From Albugo candida (taxonomy: Eukaryota): a stretch of DNA of 28,981 nucleotides. A model generated the notes under the pieces. That model had not been told where the DNA came from. It did no database searches and saw only the letters and a program-made list of their open reading frames with translations. The translations under genes were made by a program, and so were the position numbers. Numbering within the stretch: the first letter of the stretch is position 1; each line of letters begins with the position of its first letter. This document shows, piece after piece, positions 1 through 12,299 of this stretch. The DNA is taken from NCBI GenBank assembly GCA_040437565.1, contig JBDOQK010000082.1, positions 62,001 to 90,981 of the forward strand, in the 5' to 3' direction.

Positions 1-879
1 TGTTCTGGGTATAACGCATAATGATAAAGTTGTAAGCTCAATTCGAGAGTACATTCGGAAGGAAAAATATACTCTTGTCCAAGATGCAGCGCTACCGATG
101 TTGAAAGGGTAATGAGTTTGACATTACACTCATCGCCCGGTAAATTGTCCAAGTCGAGGGAATGATTAGACGCTTTGTACAAACCATCTGCCTCGTATTT
201 CAACAGACTTGTACGAATTGGACCATCTATATGTTCATCTCTGCAGCTCCGTATTTATGGATGCGGCAAGGGAATACGGTAGCGCTCCTTCCCCAATCTC
301 GCTCCATGTAAAAAAGTATCCCACGATAGCCAAAACCGTTCTCAACCAAGAATCGTAGACCAAGAGCTGATACTGCGGAAGGATGGTGTGTCTATTTTAT
401 GATACCAGCGCCGTGAAACGGAAAATTAACTGTCATTGTCTTCTGCATTTGGGAGGAAGAGAATAGCTTCCGACGGCTTTTGTCCGAATAAGTTCTATTG
501 TGCAAAAAGAATAGCTAATAGGGCTGTATACGATCGGCAACTCTCATTCTTATAGTATCGTAAACGCATGTATCGTATGGAATGTCGCAAGAGCGACAGT
601 ACGAGAAGGTAAGGTCGGGAGGCGAGTGTATTCGGACCGATCAGTAGGCACGGGAGGCCATGATAAAGGAGGCGTTGGACTTACCGCCACCCCGAAATCT
701 TACTAAAAAGTGTCACCGGCTATTTACTTCGGAACTAGGAAACCCTAATATGAACACGCCGCAGCTAACGTCGAGACATCAGAGACCCCACATACTGAGC
801 TGCCTCAACACTACTTGCAACCACCAGCATACCACGTGCCAGTACATGGTGCGCAGTTTGCACGAGAGTCAAAGAAAGC

Positions 880-3800
880 TGAGAATTAGCTTTTTTGACG
901 GCAAAACATTCCACCAGGGATTGGGTACAGGGTTGTTATCGTGGGGACAACGATTTGTGATTTGTGCGGTAGATCTCGTTCGCCGAAGTGCGAGTGGATT
1001 TTGGAGAGTGAGGACGCAAAGATAGCCGTACTCGAAAATCAATTAGCAGGAATGGCTCAAAGGTATTACAATCGACAGGTTCACGGTTGGTGGCAGGAGG
1101 AGCCAACTTTGAAGCACGCGATGCAGAGACGCATTAGGTTGCAACCAAGATAACGCCGGATCAAAGCATGAAGATGTGTATTGTACCCAGACACGTGAGA
1201 AGCTGGACCGAACACTACCTCTACCTGGTAGCTGTGAGTGAAGTGTGCGTGGGCGGACAATTTAGTTATTGAGAACATTGTGCACTACGCAGAACCAGCC
1301 ATAAGAATGTCTATGTTTCGTGTCTGAACCTTACGCGCACAGACTTCCTACGCCAGGCGTAAGAAATAGTTCATTACGCTCAATCTGCGGAGTTAGAGAC
1401 ACGAGGAAGGCATCTCGGACGAGAATTGGTGAGTTTGGTTAAATACGGACGTAATGACGCGAGAACGTGTTACAAGTGCGGGAAAACTGGACATATAAAT
1501 GCCGCGTGTCCTGAAAAAAGAGGACGCAGTGCAACACAAAATACGGAATTAGTTCTTACAGTCAAGAATTCAACTGTTGACTGGTTTCTCGACAGTGGGT
1601 CCAGTGAGCACTTAGTAAATGACTCAAGCTTACTTGAAGACCCGGAGGAGCACGCGAGTGAAGGAATGTGTCACTGCAGATGGTGGGTCCTTTCGTACTA
1701 CCTGGCGCGGTAGTGTTGCCATTGTGGGTACAGTGATGGTAAAAGCTGTAAAGGTGCGATTGAAGGACGTCTATTACGCCGAATACTTGATTCAAAGTAT
1801 CATATCATGCGGTATGCTCGAGGCAAAAGCATACGGAATTGTACACCGACGAAGCACCGCGTGATAGCAAGCCTCAATGCAGGAATTCCTGTGCTCGACG
1901 TAGAGGTGTCGAATTTGTATTTGTGGTTTGCACGGAAGGTGGACTAGAAAATCCGGACCCTACGCATGTATCATGGCGGTACTAGCTCGGAGCGAGAAAG
2001 AGGTTGGACGTGACGTCCAAAAGGGGTCGCTTATGGATTTTCATCGGAATTTGGCTCACCATAATTACGACACGATCATTTGGATCGCGCAAGACCCAGC
2101 TTCGGGAATATTTCTCATGGATTAGATAAAGGAAAACTGCCTCGCGTGTGCTCATCGAAAAGGAAAAAGAATGCGCAATCAAGAAAGGACACAGTCAACA
2201 ATTCTACGCTCTAAAGTGTTGGCGGAGTAGTTTGCTCGTATCTGAACGGACCGATGACTAAGTACTGCTGGAAAATCGTTACATGGTAAACTTCGTCGCT
2301 CACCGAACGAATTACTGCAGAATATTCCTCGCGAGAGAAAAGGACATTGCTGCGAAAACGTTAAAGCACTTCATGGTGCTGAGAATGGATTGTGGTGGGG
2401 AGCATCGGATTTTGGATCTTTTTTGTTAGGAAACTGGAATTGCTCGCCAGATTAGGGAAGCACGAAATCAGGCCAGTAATGGGAAAGCAAAACTTATGCA
2501 CCGCACCATTATGAATATGGTACGTAGTATGATATATGTATACCGCCTTGACCCTATTGTTCTGAGGAGACGCTCCGGAATATGCGTCCTACGTCCTGAA
2601 TAGAAGCCCGAGCAAATCTAATGTGGGGAGGGAATGATCCCTACAGATGCTAACAAACACAAAACCGGACCTTGTTGATATTGCGGGTTTTGGATCGGGA
2701 TTTTCTGCTCACCCGTGAAGCGAAGAACATGTCGTTAAGAAGGCGTCGGAAACCATCGATTATTATTGGAAGAATCGTTAGACGAAAGGTATCGAGTATT
2801 TATACCCAAGGACAATGGTGGCGTCGTCACTCAGCATCTCAGAAACTTTGAGACGCTCACGAGTGCGCAAAACGAGAAATTGCGTCGAGTGCATTTTTCT
2901 AAAGAAGGCGAGGCATCGGGGGAAGAAACGACAGCAAAATAAACGGTACCGAGTCGCGACCCAAAACTAAAAAAGAAGAAGACAGGCCAACAACAAAGGA
3001 GTACGTGGTCTCGAGATGGGCATTTTACCCTTTAAAGGCACGAACGGAAGATGTGCAACAGAAGCGTCAGTACAGCATAGAACATAGTGCGATGAAGGCC
3101 GTTGACGTAGTAAACAGCGTGCGTGAAAGAAAACAACTACGGCATGCTATGCGTATCAGCTGAAAAGACAAATGGGTCGTGGCTATAACGGAAGAGCGTG
3201 GGCGTTGGAGGAGAATAGCGCATGGATGGTGGAGATGTCTCGCACCGATAGCCAGGCACTACTCACGAAGTGGGTCTTTAAGACGAAGACCGAAGAGGAT
3301 GGAAAGATCGAACGTTACCGAGCGAAACTCGTGGTCTGCTGGAACGAGAAACTTTTCAATTGTAATTATAAAATTACATTTGCAGCCGTTATGGAGCTCA
3401 GTACCGTAAAACTGGTATTAGTTTTTGTAAGGGAATGGTGTGTGCCGGCGAGGCACGGGGACATCTCAAACGCGTACGTAAAGGCAAACAAGGGAGTGCA
3501 TTCGGAGATCTACCTGCGTGTAACACAAGATATAGAATCCGCACAGAAGATATGCGGAAGTCGGGTGCGGAGAAGTCGAGCCAAGTTGGTTTGCGTTTGA
3601 AGAAGTCCCTATACAGACTTAAGCAGGAAGGAAGATTATAGAGCCAGCTACTACATGGCAAACTGGAAGACGCAGGGTTTGCACGCTGCACTACGGACAT
3701 GTGTTTGTATTACAATCGATCGAGTAGCGCGATAATCGTCGTAGGAGTTTACGTCGATGGTCTCCTGGTTACGGCATCGCTACAGACGCCAGTGAAAGAT

Positions 3801-4738
3801 TTTTATGTTACAATGGGTACACTCTCAATAAAAGACCTCGGTGAAGTAAGAAATATATTGGGAATGCGCGTTGAGCTAAACGAAGGGGATGGCTACACGC
3901 TTGATCAGCAGGCCACTATTGTAGCACTCCTGGAGAAGCATGAATTGGTTAAAGCGAACGGGGTACAAATTCTAGCAGGCGAGGATAGAGATGAAGCTGA
4001 AGCGAGTGAGATGAAGTATCTGGTGACGGAAGGATTACCAGGTGAGCCAAGTATTCGCAATTTATAGTCTCTTGTTGGAAACTTGCTCTGGATTTCACGC
4101 TGTACGCGGCCGGACACAAGATTCGCCGTTCATAAGGCCACGCGACGAAACCACCAACCGACTTTAGAAGACTGGAAATCAGCAAAACAATTTGCTCAGT
4201 TAGTCGCTATCTAAAAGAAAAAAAGGAGTTAAAGTTGTACAAGCTAATGGGTGCGTCGGACGCAAATGAGCTGCTGCTTCAGAGCTGGAGCGACACGGAT
4301 GTCGCATACGACAAGCAAGATGGGAAGTATGTTACGATTGGAGTGATTCCGATGAATGGTGTGATTATACAATAGATATGCAAGGAGCGGAATGGTGTAT
4401 CCCTGTTCACTATGGAGGCTGAAGTCACTTCAACATCTCCCGTTGGACGGTAGATTATGGGGCTATGTGAGCTCGTGCGAGAGATTGAATTTAGAGTCCG
4501 CCAGCCGATGACTATGAAGATGGACAACCAGGCATCCAGTAACCAGCTGGAGTCCGAAGACAGTATGACAAGCGCGAAACACGTGAACATACGCGTGCAG
4601 TTTATTCGTGATTTTGTTAAACGGGGAATTGTCACGCCATTACACGTCGAATCACGAATAATGATGGCGGACCTGCTAAACAAAGAACTCCCGGCACCGA
4701 GACTGATGATATTGCGGGAGTTTTTTGGGATTCACTAA
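880..4738 (+). pseudogene. gag-pol polyprotein pseudogene (many stops and frameshifts)
   Basis: gag FDGKTFHQGLGTGLLSWG / YYNRQVHGWW / SWTEHYLYLVAVSE; zinc knuckle CYKCGKTGHINAAC (~1468-1509); protease WFLDSGSSEHL; pre-integrase FHRNLAH; integrase LRMDCGGE and F*GDAPEYASYVLNRSP; RT KWVFKTK..G.IERYRAKLV, HGDISNAY, KSLYRLKQEGRL*, VGVYVDGLLV; RNase H TMEAE, DNQA, AKHVNIRVQFIRD, MMADLLNK. Confidence 0.95.
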
Positions 4739-4765
4739 CATCAAGATCACAGTCACGCTGCGGTC

Positions 4766-4774
4766 GAGGAGGAG
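4766..4774 (+). other. Polypurine tract (PPT) of the copia element
   Basis: GAGGAGGAG about 30 bp after the RNase H stop and directly followed by TG (4775). Confidence 0.75.
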
Positions 4775-4946
4775 TGTAAGATTCTAATGTTAATTTGCAA
4801 GAGCAAGAAACTGGCTTGGACCGCCTGTTTGAGATGAGTGTGCGGCATACCGGTAACTCAGCAACACACAAGAAGGATAGGTTATCCTACTGTTAATTTT
4901 TCCTTTAATAAACAACCTTTTATTCTCGAATTCATTCCTGTCCAAC
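4775..4946 (+). repeat. Putative 3' LTR (~170 bp; right end approximate)
   Basis: Starts TGTAAG right after the PPT and contains AATAAA (~4907). LINE homology begins at ~4950. No second copy is visible to confirm the boundaries. Confidence 0.5.
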
Positions 4947-4949
4947 TAA

Positions 4950-6900
4950 AAAATCGGTCACGGTGAGAGATGATAGTCCAGTATTGCGGCTCCCTCGAAT
5001 AACCACATTGGGAGCCTATGTCCAGTGTGTGAAACATGTAAAACTGTTATAAAACACAGTGTTTGTCTAATTGGTGTGCCCCACACCGAAAAGGACGTCG
5101 CCGTCCAACTAGAACTAGGACCTGAGTTGTTTGTCCACTTCCCGGTGCTTGACCCGCAGAAATGATGTTCGAGTTCTAAAGAAAATACCAGATTATGCTC
5201 GAGTTACCACCTAGTCCAAAACCTTGGCAAGCCAAATACGTTTAAACTAATCGCAACACTGCCGTTTAACGTACCGAACGTCGGACTGAACGTGGTGTAT
5301 GTCACAAAAAGGGGTGAATTTCTTCGGAGTTGCTGATCGAAGAATCAACTATTATGATCGGTAAGTAGAATGCAGTGTCAAATCCTTCAAAGAAAACCAG
5401 AAGTCAGATATCTGCTCTGTAAGTCGCTCCATTCCAACCTTAGTGCTGGTAATGTAGCATTAGGAATATGCGTTCAACGTGGTCGAGTTAGCTAAACTTG
5501 AGTTGGGATTAGATCCAGCAATATTATTGTCGTGTGTTTTCTTTCGAAAAATAAATTTCGATTGGATATTACTACTGCTCCACAAGACCGATGATTGCAC
5601 AATATAGCGTCGGAGGTAAATATCGGATTTGGTAAGACACGTCTTCGAAGATGCCGTGATATAGTCATGAATTCTCTATGTCTGATGTGTCAGATATCTC
5701 CAGAGGTGACCAATGTGTCAACATTCGATGAATCTTGGTTGCTTCGGAAGTATTGTAATATTGCTCCGCTTGTGCTTGGTTGGGTCCGACGGAGCATACC
5801 CATCGCCGAGTGGATACGCTGCGGTAGCTGGGTGACTTCATTATAAAATCGACGTAGAATTCCGCTCCGTACTCCTTACCGACACCTCCATTTTAAATAA
5901 GAGACACTATATTTTTGACTAAAATCATGAAATCGTTCTATGAGGAAGCATCCACGATTTGTCAGATAGGTTCGTTTTATAGATTACAGAATAGAGTGGA
6001 ATGTCCGAGCAAACAACTATACGTGAACAAGTACATCAGACGAAAGCTGTCGAAAATTTGCAAATCTACCAGCAAATAATGGATAATCATTTGAATCATG
6101 CATCCTAACAGAGTTTCCAGTAGCGAAAGGTAAAAGCGATCGGGGAATTTCTCCAAAACTAATTTATTTTCCCTCGGGACATCACTGTCCAGTTGTAGGA
6201 CACATATCATTTTGCTACCCACCGTGGTCTATCTCTTGAACTCGGGTTTATCGAACGCGTTATTGCCAAAATGACGACGGGCTATACCTTCATACGTTGT
6301 ACCTATCACATTCAAATATTGACGGTGCGTATTAATACATGAATTTGAGAGCGTGATTACGTGCGAATGAGTTGACACCATGAAGATGCAAATTCCATTT
6401 GTCACGAGGTAAATTAGGTACCACGCAGTCAAATGATGTCTCTCGGCAACAGCGTGTTACAATTGATGTTACAATAAGTACCTACCTCCGGATAGTTCTT
6501 TGGTAGGACTTACTAATAGCGATACCTCGAAATTCCTCTCCACATGGGCCATTTTACGTCATTGGCGAATGCAGAATCCCTAATAAACTGAAAATCCGCA
6601 CTAGCGCCGATTTAGCTCATTCAGCAGAATTGAGAGTAAGACGCAGAGATTTATCACGGAATCGGTGTCGCTTGCAGATTCACTAAAATGGCTCAAAACC
6701 ATCAAGAATATAGCGCGAAACTATATAACCGAGCAGAATGACAGGTTTCTTGAAAAATGGAGCTAGAAATTCTGCGATGTCACAGAGTCGTTGCTTTATT
6801 TACGCTCTCATATGTACTGCATCGCAGCGAGATTTTACTCGCTGCGTAGAGGAAAATGGTTGACTGCGCATTCTGCTAAATTGAACTTCATCTGCTATTT
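4950..6900 (-). mobile_element. Decayed L1-type non-LTR retrotransposon, 3' part of ORF2
   Basis: The minus strand at 5101-5169 reads NIISAGQAPGSGQTTQVLVLVG, homologous to KIITAGTAQASGKASATRILVLVG of the LINE at ~19367-19438. Shared ACACACTGGACA and TATCATCTCTCAC follow. NEVTQLPQRIHS (~5810-5845) matches NDITQLPCRTHS in the LINE at ~13300. Upper boundary rests on weak RT-like remnants. Confidence 0.7.
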
Positions 6901-8916
6901 GCAATGAAATAAAGCCATATGAATCGTTAATATCTCTAGTCTTAAAATCAAGCATTGTGTTGTTGAAAAACTGGGCCCGCGTTGTTCGGCGTGTCATATA
7001 CCGCTCTAATAGGTATCGCTCTCGTGGTGCTTTTTAGACAGCAGCTAGACGAGAATGGCGGGGACGGGCAGCAAACAACGCTAAGCAAGGATGGTATGTC
7101 TGCATGGACGTGCTGGAGAATTTATAGGAGTTTGAGAGAACACTACGCTTTCCTCCCGATTCTTGGAAGAGGATATATGGAGCATGAAACTTAATACCAG
7201 CAAGCCTTGATTTTGAATGGCCAATTTTTGGACCATTTAGCCCTATATTTTGGCACTGCTGATTGGCTCAGAGTATAGTTAGTGTCAACCTGCGGCTTTA
7301 CTGAGCACCTTTGTTGACAGTTTCCTACAAGAAGTATTATTCGTCACGATGAAACCCCACGGGTAGGCGGAGAAATTTTCTCCAACCCTAAAATACCAAA
7401 ATTCAGGCGACTTTTGCAACGCTTTTGCTCCATGAAAAAGTGAGATAATAAGAATCCGAGACTTGTCGAGGGAAGCTTAGGGCATGAATTCTGTTATCAA
7501 AGGCTTTGTTTATGTGTGATTTGTATCCGGGTCAAGCCTGAGCAATTCTTGCAGGGCCGCTAAAGTTGGTACCTTTAAGTGACATGGACTATGACCAATT
7601 AAGGCAGAGAGTAACCGGTTGATGTATGGTATCAACTGTAATAAATGATTTTTCTTGCAAATAGATGAAAAACTCTCCTCGTAGTCAGCGAAGTAATATT
7701 GCTGCTTTAATACGTAATATCTCATTGAACCTGCATTCGCCTACAACATTTCAAGCAATCGGAACGTAGTTCATCAACTAGTTTCGTTCAATCACCATAG
7801 CTTACATGCAACATTTCTACTAAAAGGGAAAACAAAATCAGCGACGCACTCACCCAATCGAATGAAATTGATTTAGAAATGATGTTCCTGCATGCTTCTA
7901 CGTTATATCTAGCTCTCCGTGGGATTTGAATCAAAGAAGACCTCAGTTTCCAGTTTCCTGGCAGCTGAATTGTTATGGTTAATCCGACACGCTTGTCACA
8001 CTTCATCCTTATTTCTGTATGGTCAATACAATATTTACTGTAGATTTCTACAACAGGAATCCTGTTGTCAATCGAAAAGACACATATGCTCCCGAATTTA
8101 AGCATTGGCATATCAAGTCTGGCCCTTACACTCCCTGGCAGAATATAGTTTGGGCAAAAGCAAAAGATGGCGAGAGTAAAGCATATGTTCCGGGCAAAAC
8201 ACTACTGCATGGCGCAATGGCTGTGCAACAATTGATGTGGTGTGGTTCAAAAGAGACATTTGCTGATATAAGGGAAACGTTTGTCAACAGTAAGGGAAAG
8301 AAAAACGGGAATGTATTTCAATGGTTGTACGATCGGGAACGTCGCAGCAGAGATGAAAATTTGAGGAAAGCGTTTGAAGACTGGCTTTATGCGATCTCAC
8401 TCAAAAAAAAAGTGACCAATGTAATAATTGTTGATATAAGCGTACGAATCCTTACCCTCTCCTAAGAGCACTTCTAACGGTATGGACGCATTTTTTGTTT
8501 ATAAATCAGTACTGGAGCTGGTCGATTGTCTCGTCGGAATACCTGAAGTGAAGTACTTGTCTATGAGTAACTTGTTCGAATATCCTCTACTGATCTTTCG
8601 ATCCATGTTGGAAATGACAGCCTTACTGCTTCGACTGTAGCTGGCTGCGGCATCTACAAGCCACACTTGATTGCTCGGGTGCTCTATCATGAGAATGAGA
8701 AGCACATACAGCACATGATGGTCAGCATTTTTCACTATTTGTCAACGATGATGAATGCCACAGAGGTAATTGTGCGTTTCGCAAAGGATTCTCGACGTAT
8801 TTTGGATCGCATCTACACCATGTTAAATGACGGCTCAGCTTACCAAAGGTTTAAGCAAAGATATATGCCCGGATGGACCCTTTAAACGATATACAGAGCA
8901 GATACTTCCAATTTGT

Positions 8917-9211
8917 GTATTCTTCAAGACTGTGAAAGAAAATTACGCACATTTCAACGAGAAGCACGTGCTACCGCGCTCTTCCGAGTATAATCGTATT
9001 GATCGGTTCCAAAGAAGAAACTAATCAGCCGTTCAGAAAGAGGATTCCAAGTTGGAATCACACAATCACGAAACGCTCCTAACAGCTACTAAGTCTTGGC
9101 ATTGGATTGGGTCTTTAAATCAGCCGAGAAAAATGAAGTTTCTGTCGCGGATTCGAGGACGATGGAATTTCCGGTCACAACGAGGTCGCGTATCGGACTA
9201 GAAAATAATTT
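8917..9211 (+). repeat. 295-bp direct repeat, copy 1 (copy 2 at 14417-14711)
   Basis: Identical at offset 5500 except C9198/T14698. Confidence 0.97.
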
Positions 9212-9239
9212 CATGACATAGAGATGCTAGATCATGCAC

Positions 9240-9770
9240 TAGATTTCTTTGTTACGTACGCATTTGAATTTGAAAGTAATTCTACAACCAGATAATTCGA
9301 GCTGATAGACCTTATTGTTTGAGTCTCATCTATCCCTATGAAGCGCATATGCACTGATAGTGTTCATTGAGTTATACGGAGTAAGATGACTTGATTATAA
9401 TTGTGCGTAAGCTTTGTCAATCAACCAAGACGCCAAGTATAATTTGAAGCCAACATACACTTCAAGAACACCATTCTCCGAAGTTTAAACCAGGAAACTT
9501 CTAGTGGAGATTCAAAAGAATCAGTGGTTTCTCATATTTCGGGAGATTGCGCTGATAAAACGTACACTAAATCTCTTTCGCAAGTATAGAATTGAATTTG
9601 AAACCAACATTACATCCAGCTGAGTGGTTTGGGATCACACAATTTTGAGAAGAAACCCGTGGACCCGTATGATGAGCGTATGCACTTACTTGTGTCAATA
9701 TATTGTACAGCGAGAGATGACTAGGACATTACCGTTAATTGAGCTGTATCGAGCAACCAAGACGCTAGCT
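9240..9770 (+). repeat. Diverged tandem coding repeat, period ~330 bp (~110 aa)
   Basis: TTGAATTTGAAA at 9264 and 9592 (328 apart), TATGCACT at 9348 and 9679 (331 apart), CAACCAAGACGC at 9422 and 9754 (332 apart). Confidence 0.8.
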
Positions 9771-10445
9771 ATTGTGACAGTCAAATAACTTATTTCAACC
9801 ATGTTTTCGTTCGAACAAGGTATCATGCGGAACTTCATCACTGAGGAAAGTTTGCAGCTGCTCAATGCTTGAACTCTTAAAATATAGAGATTTTAAGATA
9901 GCTTCTTCCAACATCTCAAGCATCACTCCATTCATCGAATTAGTTTTCAAGACGATAAGATAGAAAACTTTACCTAGCAAGTATTTGGTATGAAATGCGT
10001 TGGTTTACAAACGTATTGTATTCTGGTTGTTATAGTATGATACTCCATTATTGATCAATCTCCCCAATCTTGGCTTCTACTGTATAGGGCATTGCTTCAA
10101 AGAGAAAAGAAGCTAATCATGAAACGTTTCAAATCATTAACTCGATCGATTAAGAGCATGAAACCATCAACAGCGAATTTTTGATGTGTGGAGTACGAAA
10201 TTGGATATGCACACTCCGTGGCAGGGTAGACCTTTCATCTCTTGCACCTTACATGAATCGATAATTATATTATTCCAACTCTTTTTCGTCTGGTGGCGGA
10301 GTACAAAAAATCATTGGCGGGCATATTAGAGCAGATCAAAACGGAAAGCTATACTACATTCTGAATTCATCATTAATGATAAAGCAATCAAATGCTCGAT
10401 GCAATCCAGATGCAACACGATCAACGGAATGATAACGAAACACAT

Positions 10446-10521
10446 TAATCGCAAAGAATAAAATTACATCATGCAAGTCAAGTCTAATTGCAAAGAATAA
10501 AATTACATCATGTGCCAAGTC
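10446..10521 (+). repeat. Tandem duplication, 39-bp period, two copies
   Basis: TAATYGCAAAGAATAAAATTACATCATG at 10446 and 10485 (1 mismatch in 28 nt), each followed by a CAAGTC-containing tail. Confidence 0.9.
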
Positions 10522-12299
10522 TCTTTTTCTAAGAACATCATCAACAACAAAAAAGAGATCTGAGTGAACTTGGTCAACCAAGTCACAGTAATGAAAGATT
10601 AGGTGACAACGGTACTAGCACCAAATAAGTTGTTAGTCACTTGAGTGCCCGTCATCCCGCTAAAGCTAAACTGAAGATTGGATCAGCAAGCAAAGGTAAA
10701 ACTTGCGCTAAAAATTACATAAATACGCCAAGTTGTTCCATGAACTCGGAGAAAAAGCATCCACGCTACAAGCACGCTAATATGTCGCAGCAATACGATA
10801 TGCATGGATAGGAAGAGAATGCGACCGACCAATTCGGATACAACGTCTCAAGAGCTAAGATAAGCAGCAATGAGCAATGAAAGATCATCCAGCAGCTCAC
10901 TTCTCGGATAGTTCACTTAGCATTGAATTAATGGGGGCTAATGGTGACACAGGTGCACATAAGACGTAAAAAGTCAAACCCAGCCGAATAGGCTGCTAAG
11001 ATGTCGCTAAATTATCCCTCGATATTATGATCAAAGCTGATATCGGATCCATCATCAACATTACGTATCATTGAATTAAGCTTGAAAGAAAAATAAGGAT
11101 CATAATTGTTTACTTTTGCTCTTACGTAGAATTCAAAACGATAGATATATTTTTTAAGAATATGATTTCGATGACTTATGTCACCTTTCTAATTTTAGTA
11201 TGCTTTATTTTAGAGACTCTTGGCACGCAGAACAGCAACCACAGCTAATTGGTTATGAGACCAACTCATCCAAAATAAATATCATCTTTTATCAGGCAAC
11301 TCATTGCAGAATTTTAACTGAAAAATCCAACGTATGCTTTCGATGGTTCTTTTCTTCTGCGTTGTAATATTTTGCAATTTTTTGGCAAATGTGTTATCCT
11401 CCGTAAAACATTGATGACGACACGTCTTCGGGTAGTATTTGTAGGTAGTCTTATACGCAATCTCCTTTTCCTATCCTTGCATCTCCAGTCCTAGAACAAT
11501 AAAAATCGCTAAATTGTGTCTGTGCAAATCCCGTTTGGCCAGAAAAGAAACATAGAATGATGCGGAAATTCTTTGTATGATATATTTATTTTTCCTCAGT
11601 GGACAAGTAAAGCAACTGCTCCTTGATAAATTTAATGCTAGTGTATCAAACTGGTCCCGCGCTGCATAAGAAAGAGTCATATGACGACTATTTAGACAAA
11701 AACATTTGTAGATCTGCATAAGCGCCCTCTTTGGTCATTTTGCAAAGCGGTTGAGACGTCAAAGTCTATTATCCCAATACAAGAAAACTTCATTTCTCAT
11801 AAAAGTAGAGCTCAATGAAGACTAATTCCAATTAAAGATAGTTGTCGCTATGATTTGGCTTTTGACAAAATAGAAACTAAAGAATATATCTCAAACAAAC
11901 ATCGGTTTCAGCACGAGAAATTGATTGCGCTCTTTTGCTTCACTCGAACCTGTTTTCAATAACTTTGAAATTGGGTTATGCGCAATCCAAGTGCAACTCA
12001 ATCAAATCGTCTTTTTACGGTGAAACAAGGTGATTTGTCATAATGATGCTCATTTTGCTTTGTGTAGTTCGTATATTCAAAATTAGTTTACCAGGAAGTA
12101 CTTTCGGTACACGAACAACATGCTACAAAACGTATTGACGTACGATTTTGACGTACCTCAACGGTAGCCCGTCGACAATTCGCTGCATAGATAGAAATTC
12201 TGTCCGTTTCCTGACATCATGAGAGATGAATAAGTTGCAGAAAAATATTCATAGACCATCACTTTAGACACCAGGAGACTCGTTGTAAAGTTTGTAATT

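Larger units (their letters stand above)
580..4946 (+). mobile_element. Degenerate Ty1/copia LTR retrotransposon (oomycete-type); 5' boundary approximate, 5' LTR not seen
   Basis: Copia domain order gag-PR-IN-RT-RH on the + strand in broken frames, followed by a polypurine tract and a TG-starting LTR-like segment. Confidence 0.95.
7330..10340 (+). pseudogene. Decayed repeat-protein gene, probably a WY/LWY-domain RXLR-type effector
   Basis: Broken + frames give helical-repeat-like fragments: VKPEQFLQ, APEFKHW, KAFEDWLY, LVDCLVGIPEVKYLS, LDWVFKSAEKNEVS, LNLFRKYR, HQQRIFDVWS. A ~330-bp internal periodicity is directly visible. Signal peptide and RXLR motif are not securely identifiable. Confidence 0.5.

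Noticed and set aside
10446..10521. 28-bp repeats with a short spacer, CRISPR-like at first glance
   Set aside because: Only two copies, an 11-nt similar spacer, eukaryotic TE context and no cas genes.
11251..11263. GGTTATGAGACCA, similar to the copia PBS GGTTATGGGCCCA
   Set aside because: Two mismatches, no recognisable gag downstream and no confirmed LTR upstream.
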